Part shown: one piece after another, positions 61,133 to 64,000 of the stretch
Layout: every line of letters starts with the position of its first letter
How positions within the stretch are numbered: the stretch's first letter is position 1
Sequence record: PP174317.1
Length of the DNA stretch: 64,000 nucleotides
Source of the DNA: Acinetobacter phage vB_AbaSt_W16
Direction: 5' to 3' (one strand)
The notes under the pieces: model-generated
The model's input: only the letters and a program-made list of their open reading frames with translations
The model's database searches: none
What the model was told of the DNA's origin: nothing
Made by a program: the position numbers and the translations under genes

Positions 61133-63112
61133 ATGGCTTTATTATCTCCAGGTATTGAGTTAAAAGAAAATACCACTCAAAGCACAGTCGTGCAAAATGC
61201 TACTGGACGTGCTGCTATGGCGGGCAAGTTTCAGTGGGGCCCAGCTTTCCAGGTAATTCAAGTTACAAATGAAGTTGAACTTGTTGATTTATTTGGTCAG
61301 CCTGATAATGCAACCGCTGATTATTTTATGAGCGCTGCAAACTTTTTACAATATGGTAATGACTTGCGTTTAGTCCGTGTTGTAAATGAAGACTCGGCCA
61401 AAAACTCTAGCCCTATTGCAGGTCATTTAAAAACAACTATTACTGCGTCAGGTAGTAACTATGCTGTAAATGACAAAGTTATTATTAAGTACAATACAAC
61501 AACTATTGAAGATGCTGGCGTTGTAACTGCGGTTGATAAAGACGGCAAAATCTTAAAAATCTTTGTACCTTCTGAAAAAATCATTGCATATGCAAAATCA
61601 ATCGGTCAATATCCTGCATTAAGTGATTCATGGACTGCAGAAGTTGTTTCAGTTGCCTCTGGTATTTCTGGTGCAATTAATGTGGATTCTATTGAAACTG
61701 ATTCTGGTATCTTATTAACTGATCCAGAAAATGCAGACGAAAAAATTACATCAGTTGCATTCCAAGCTAAACTTGCTGCGTATGCTATGCCTGGTGTTGT
61801 TGCATTATATCCAGGTTCAACTGGCGATCAATTAGAAGTTGAAATTGTATCTAAAGAAACATATGATAAAGGTACATCGGCGCCATTAACAATTTATCCA
61901 GCAGGTGGAACGCGTGCATCATTAGCTAAAGCTATTTTTGGTTATGGTCCACAAAATGAAAATGAATATGCTTTTATTGTTCGTCGTAATGGCGAAGTTG
62001 TAGAATCTTATGTTCTTTCAACTGAACGCGGTGCCAAAGACATGTATGGTAGCAACATCTACTTAGATGACTACTTTGCAAGAGGCTCAAGTAATTACAT
62101 TTTTGCGACAGCACAAGGATTCCCTAAAGGATTCTCGGGTATTATCCGTTTATCTGGTGGCTTATCTGCCAACGAAGCAGTTACAGCTGGCGATTTAATG
62201 CGCGGTTGGGATAAATTTGCAGATTCAGAAGCACTACATGTCAATTTAATGATTGCTGGTTCTTGTGCGGGTGAAGATGCAGAAGTTGCATCAACCGTTC
62301 AAAAACATGTTGTTGCTCTTGCTGATGAACGTATGGATTGTTTGGCTCTTATCAGCCCACCACGTGAAACTATTGTAAATATCGGCTTAACTCGCGCTGT
62401 TGATAATTTGATTGCATGGCGTGAAGGTACTGGCGCATACGAAGCGGCTAATATGAATATTAGTTCAACTTATGCATTTATCGATGGTAACTACAAATAC
62501 CAATATGACAAATATAATGATGTAAACCGTTGGGTTCCATTGGCTGCTGATATTGCAGGTCTTTGTGCCCGCACTGATGATATCTCTCAACCTTGGATGT
62601 CACCAGCCGGTTATGTCCGTGGTCAAATTCTTAATTGCATTAAACTTGCTATTGAGCCTCGTAAAGCACAGCGTGATAGATTATATCAAGATTCTATTAA
62701 CCCAGTTATTGGTGCTCAAGGCGGCGATGGTTTCTTACTTTTTGGTGATAAAACAGCAACTAAAGTTCCATCTCCATTTGACCGTGTAAACGTACGCCGT
62801 TTATTCAATATGCTTAAAAAGAATATTGGTGACGCATCTAAATTCCGTTTATTCGAAATTAATGACGCATTTACTCGTAGTTCATTCCGGATGGAAACAA
62901 CTGCGTACTTAGCGGGTATTAAATCGCTTGGCGGTGTATACGATTTCCGAGTAGTATGTGATGAGACAAATAATACTCCGGCGGTTATTGATCGCAATGA
63001 ATTTGTTGCTACATTCTATATTAAACCGGCGCGTGCAATTAACTTCATTCAATTGAACTTTGTTGCTACTGCAACAGGTGCTGATTTTGATGAAATCATT
63101 GGTCGTCAATAA
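61133..63112 (+). CDS. 18: tail sheath gp18
   Basis: 659 aa = T4; N-terminus LSPGIELKE..TQSTVV matches. Confidence 0.9.
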   Translation: MALLSPGIELKENTTQSTVVQNATGRAAMAGKFQWGPAFQVIQVTNEVELVDLFGQPDNATADYFMSAANFLQYGNDLRLVRVVNEDSAKNSSPIAGHLKTTITASGSNYAVNDKVIIKYNTTTIEDAGVVTAVDKDGKILKIFVPSEKIIAYAKSIGQYPALSDSWTAEVVSVASGISGAINVDSIETDSGILLTDPENADEKITSVAFQAKLAAYAMPGVVALYPGSTGDQLEVEIVSKETYDKGTSAPLTIYPAGGTRASLAKAIFGYGPQNENEYAFIVRRNGEVVESYVLSTERGAKDMYGSNIYLDDYFARGSSNYIFATAQGFPKGFSGIIRLSGGLSANEAVTAGDLMRGWDKFADSEALHVNLMIAGSCAGEDAEVASTVQKHVVALADERMDCLALISPPRETIVNIGLTRAVDNLIAWREGTGAYEAANMNISSTYAFIDGNYKYQYDKYNDVNRWVPLAADIAGLCARTDDISQPWMSPAGYVRGQILNCIKLAIEPRKAQRDRLYQDSINPVIGAQGGDGFLLFGDKTATKVPSPFDRVNVRRLFNMLKKNIGDASKFRLFEINDAFTRSSFRMETTAYLAGIKSLGGVYDFRVVCDETNNTPAVIDRNEFVATFYIKPARAINFIQLNFVATATGADFDEIIGRQ

Positions 63113-63118
63113 TAAAAT

Positions 63119-63140
63119 GGGCCTTCGGGCCCTAATAAAT
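63119..63140 (+). terminator. hairpin (UUCG tetraloop) after gene 18, weak terminator / RNA-stability element
   Basis: GGGCC-ttcg-GGCCC then TAATAAATT. Confidence 0.45.
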
Positions 63141-63153
63141 TAAGGATAAAATA

Positions 63154-63645
63154 ATGGAAATTACTGATATTCTCCGAGCATTTGAATCAGGCGACTTTGC
63201 CCGTCCTAACCTGTTTCAATTAGAAATTCCTTATTTAGGTAAGAATTTCACATTTAAAGCAAAAGCTACAGCAATGCCACCAGGCCAAGTCGATAAAATT
63301 GCTATTGGCTTTATGAACCGTAAATTTAATATCGGTGGTGATCGTACATTTGACGATTGGAGTTGTACAATTTACAATGATGACGCACATGATACTCGTC
63401 AACAAATTTTAGATTGGCAAGCATTAGTCCATGGCCAAGGTGCTGAAATTACAGGTTCTACTCCCGCTGAGTATAAGAAAACTGCTATTATTCGTCAATA
63501 TGGCCGTGATGGTAAAACTATTACCAAAGAACATACCATTTATGGATTATGGCCGACTTTGGTTGGTGAAGTGGCACTAGACTGGGATACAAATTCGGAA
63601 GTAGAAACATTTGAGTGTACATTTGCACTTGATTACTGGATTTAA
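63154..63645 (+). CDS. 19: tail tube gp19
   Basis: 163 aa = T4 gp19. Confidence 0.9.
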   Translation: MEITDILRAFESGDFARPNLFQLEIPYLGKNFTFKAKATAMPPGQVDKIAIGFMNRKFNIGGDRTFDDWSCTIYNDDAHDTRQQILDWQALVHGQGAEITGSTPAEYKKTAIIRQYGRDGKTITKEHTIYGLWPTLVGEVALDWDTNSEVETFECTFALDYWI

Positions 63646-63663
63646 TTTGCGAAATCCGATTGA

Positions 63664-63671
63664 TATAAATA
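63664..63671 (+). promoter_or_regulatory. late promoter TATAAATA for gene 20, embedded in a 15-bp palindrome
   Basis: exact match; see palindrome finding. Confidence 0.65.
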
Positions 63672-63709
63672 ATTCTATATCAATCGGATTCAGTCTGTAG
63701 GAGATGAGT

Positions 63710-64000
63710 ATGCTAGCGGATAGTGATTTGAAAATGTTCGCATTCTGGCACAAAGTTGACGACACAGAATACGACAAAATTATTAACGATAAAGCAGAAT
63801 CTATTACTGCCCCAAAGTTTGATGACGGTGCGACAGAAGTTGATTCGCAAGATATTGCATATAATGGTGTATTCCAAAAACTTTATGGTAGCCAGGACCC
63901 AACGGCAACATCCACACGCGAATTAATCAATACTTATCGCAGTTTATTAAATAATTATGAAGTTGATAATGCTGTACAAGAAATTGTTTCAGATGCAATT
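63710..64000 (+). CDS. 20: portal vertex protein gp20 (N-terminal part, continues beyond window)
   Basis: FAFWHK..D..SITAPK..DG..E block like T4 gp20 N-terminus. Confidence 0.8.
   Translation, partial: MLADSDLKMFAFWHKVDDTEYDKIINDKAESITAPKFDDGATEVDSQDIAYNGVFQKLYGSQDPTATSTRELINTYRSLLNNYEVDNAVQEIVSDAI

Overview
This window is a 64 kb segment of a T4-like (Tevenvirinae-type) myovirus genome, AT-rich and tightly packed, and the gene order follows the T4 map. Assignments rest on motifs and recalled T4 protein sequences; no database search was possible.

The minus strand from 130 to about 39,160 carries the early and middle genes: a DNA polymerase gp43 that is SPLIT into two cistrons (43A at 4228..5736, 43B at 1141..2325) by a ~1.9 kb insert of six small ORFs, then regA, clamp loader gp62/gp44, clamp gp45, gp46 (SbcC-like) and gp47 (SbcD-like) with an extra metallophosphoesterase between them, late sigma gp55, an NrdH-like glutaredoxin, endonuclease VII (gp49) and thioredoxin NrdC. 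A hyperplastic accessory region follows, with many small ORFs, an AAA+ ATPase, a nucleotidyltransferase-like protein and rI co-operonic with four signal-peptide proteins that include a secreted lytic transglycosylase. It also holds two GIY-YIG and one HNH homing endonucleases. A minus-strand tRNA cluster (about 29.5-34.3 kb) contains at least nine well-formed tRNAs plus tRNA-like remnants, and is followed by gp57B/57A, dNMP kinase gp1, and gp3, gp2 and gp4. From 39,222 the plus strand carries the late structural module: gp53, gp5 (lysozyme plus beta-helix), gp5.1, the PAAR protein gp5.4, baseplate gp6-gp11, short tail fibre gp12, fibritin wac, neck gp13/14, gp15, terminases gp16/gp17, sheath gp18, tube gp19 and the start of portal gp20. 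Four exact T4 late promoters (TATAAATA) occur on the plus strand and one on the minus strand, together with one clear sigma70-like early promoter and several rho-independent terminators.

The main things worth a second look are the split polymerase with its own internal terminator; an HNH endonuclease between gp14 and gp15 interrupted by an in-frame ochre codon; a novel ORF wedged between gp16 and gp17; a fibritin C-terminal domain that looks like a catalytically dead SGNH hydrolase; an rI / secreted lytic transglycosylase operon; a tRNA whose anticodon loop reads CUA; and iteron-like repeats in the tRNA region. No alpha/beta-glucosyltransferase, anaerobic ribonucleotide reductase (nrdD/nrdG) or T4 e-type soluble lysozyme gene was seen in this window.
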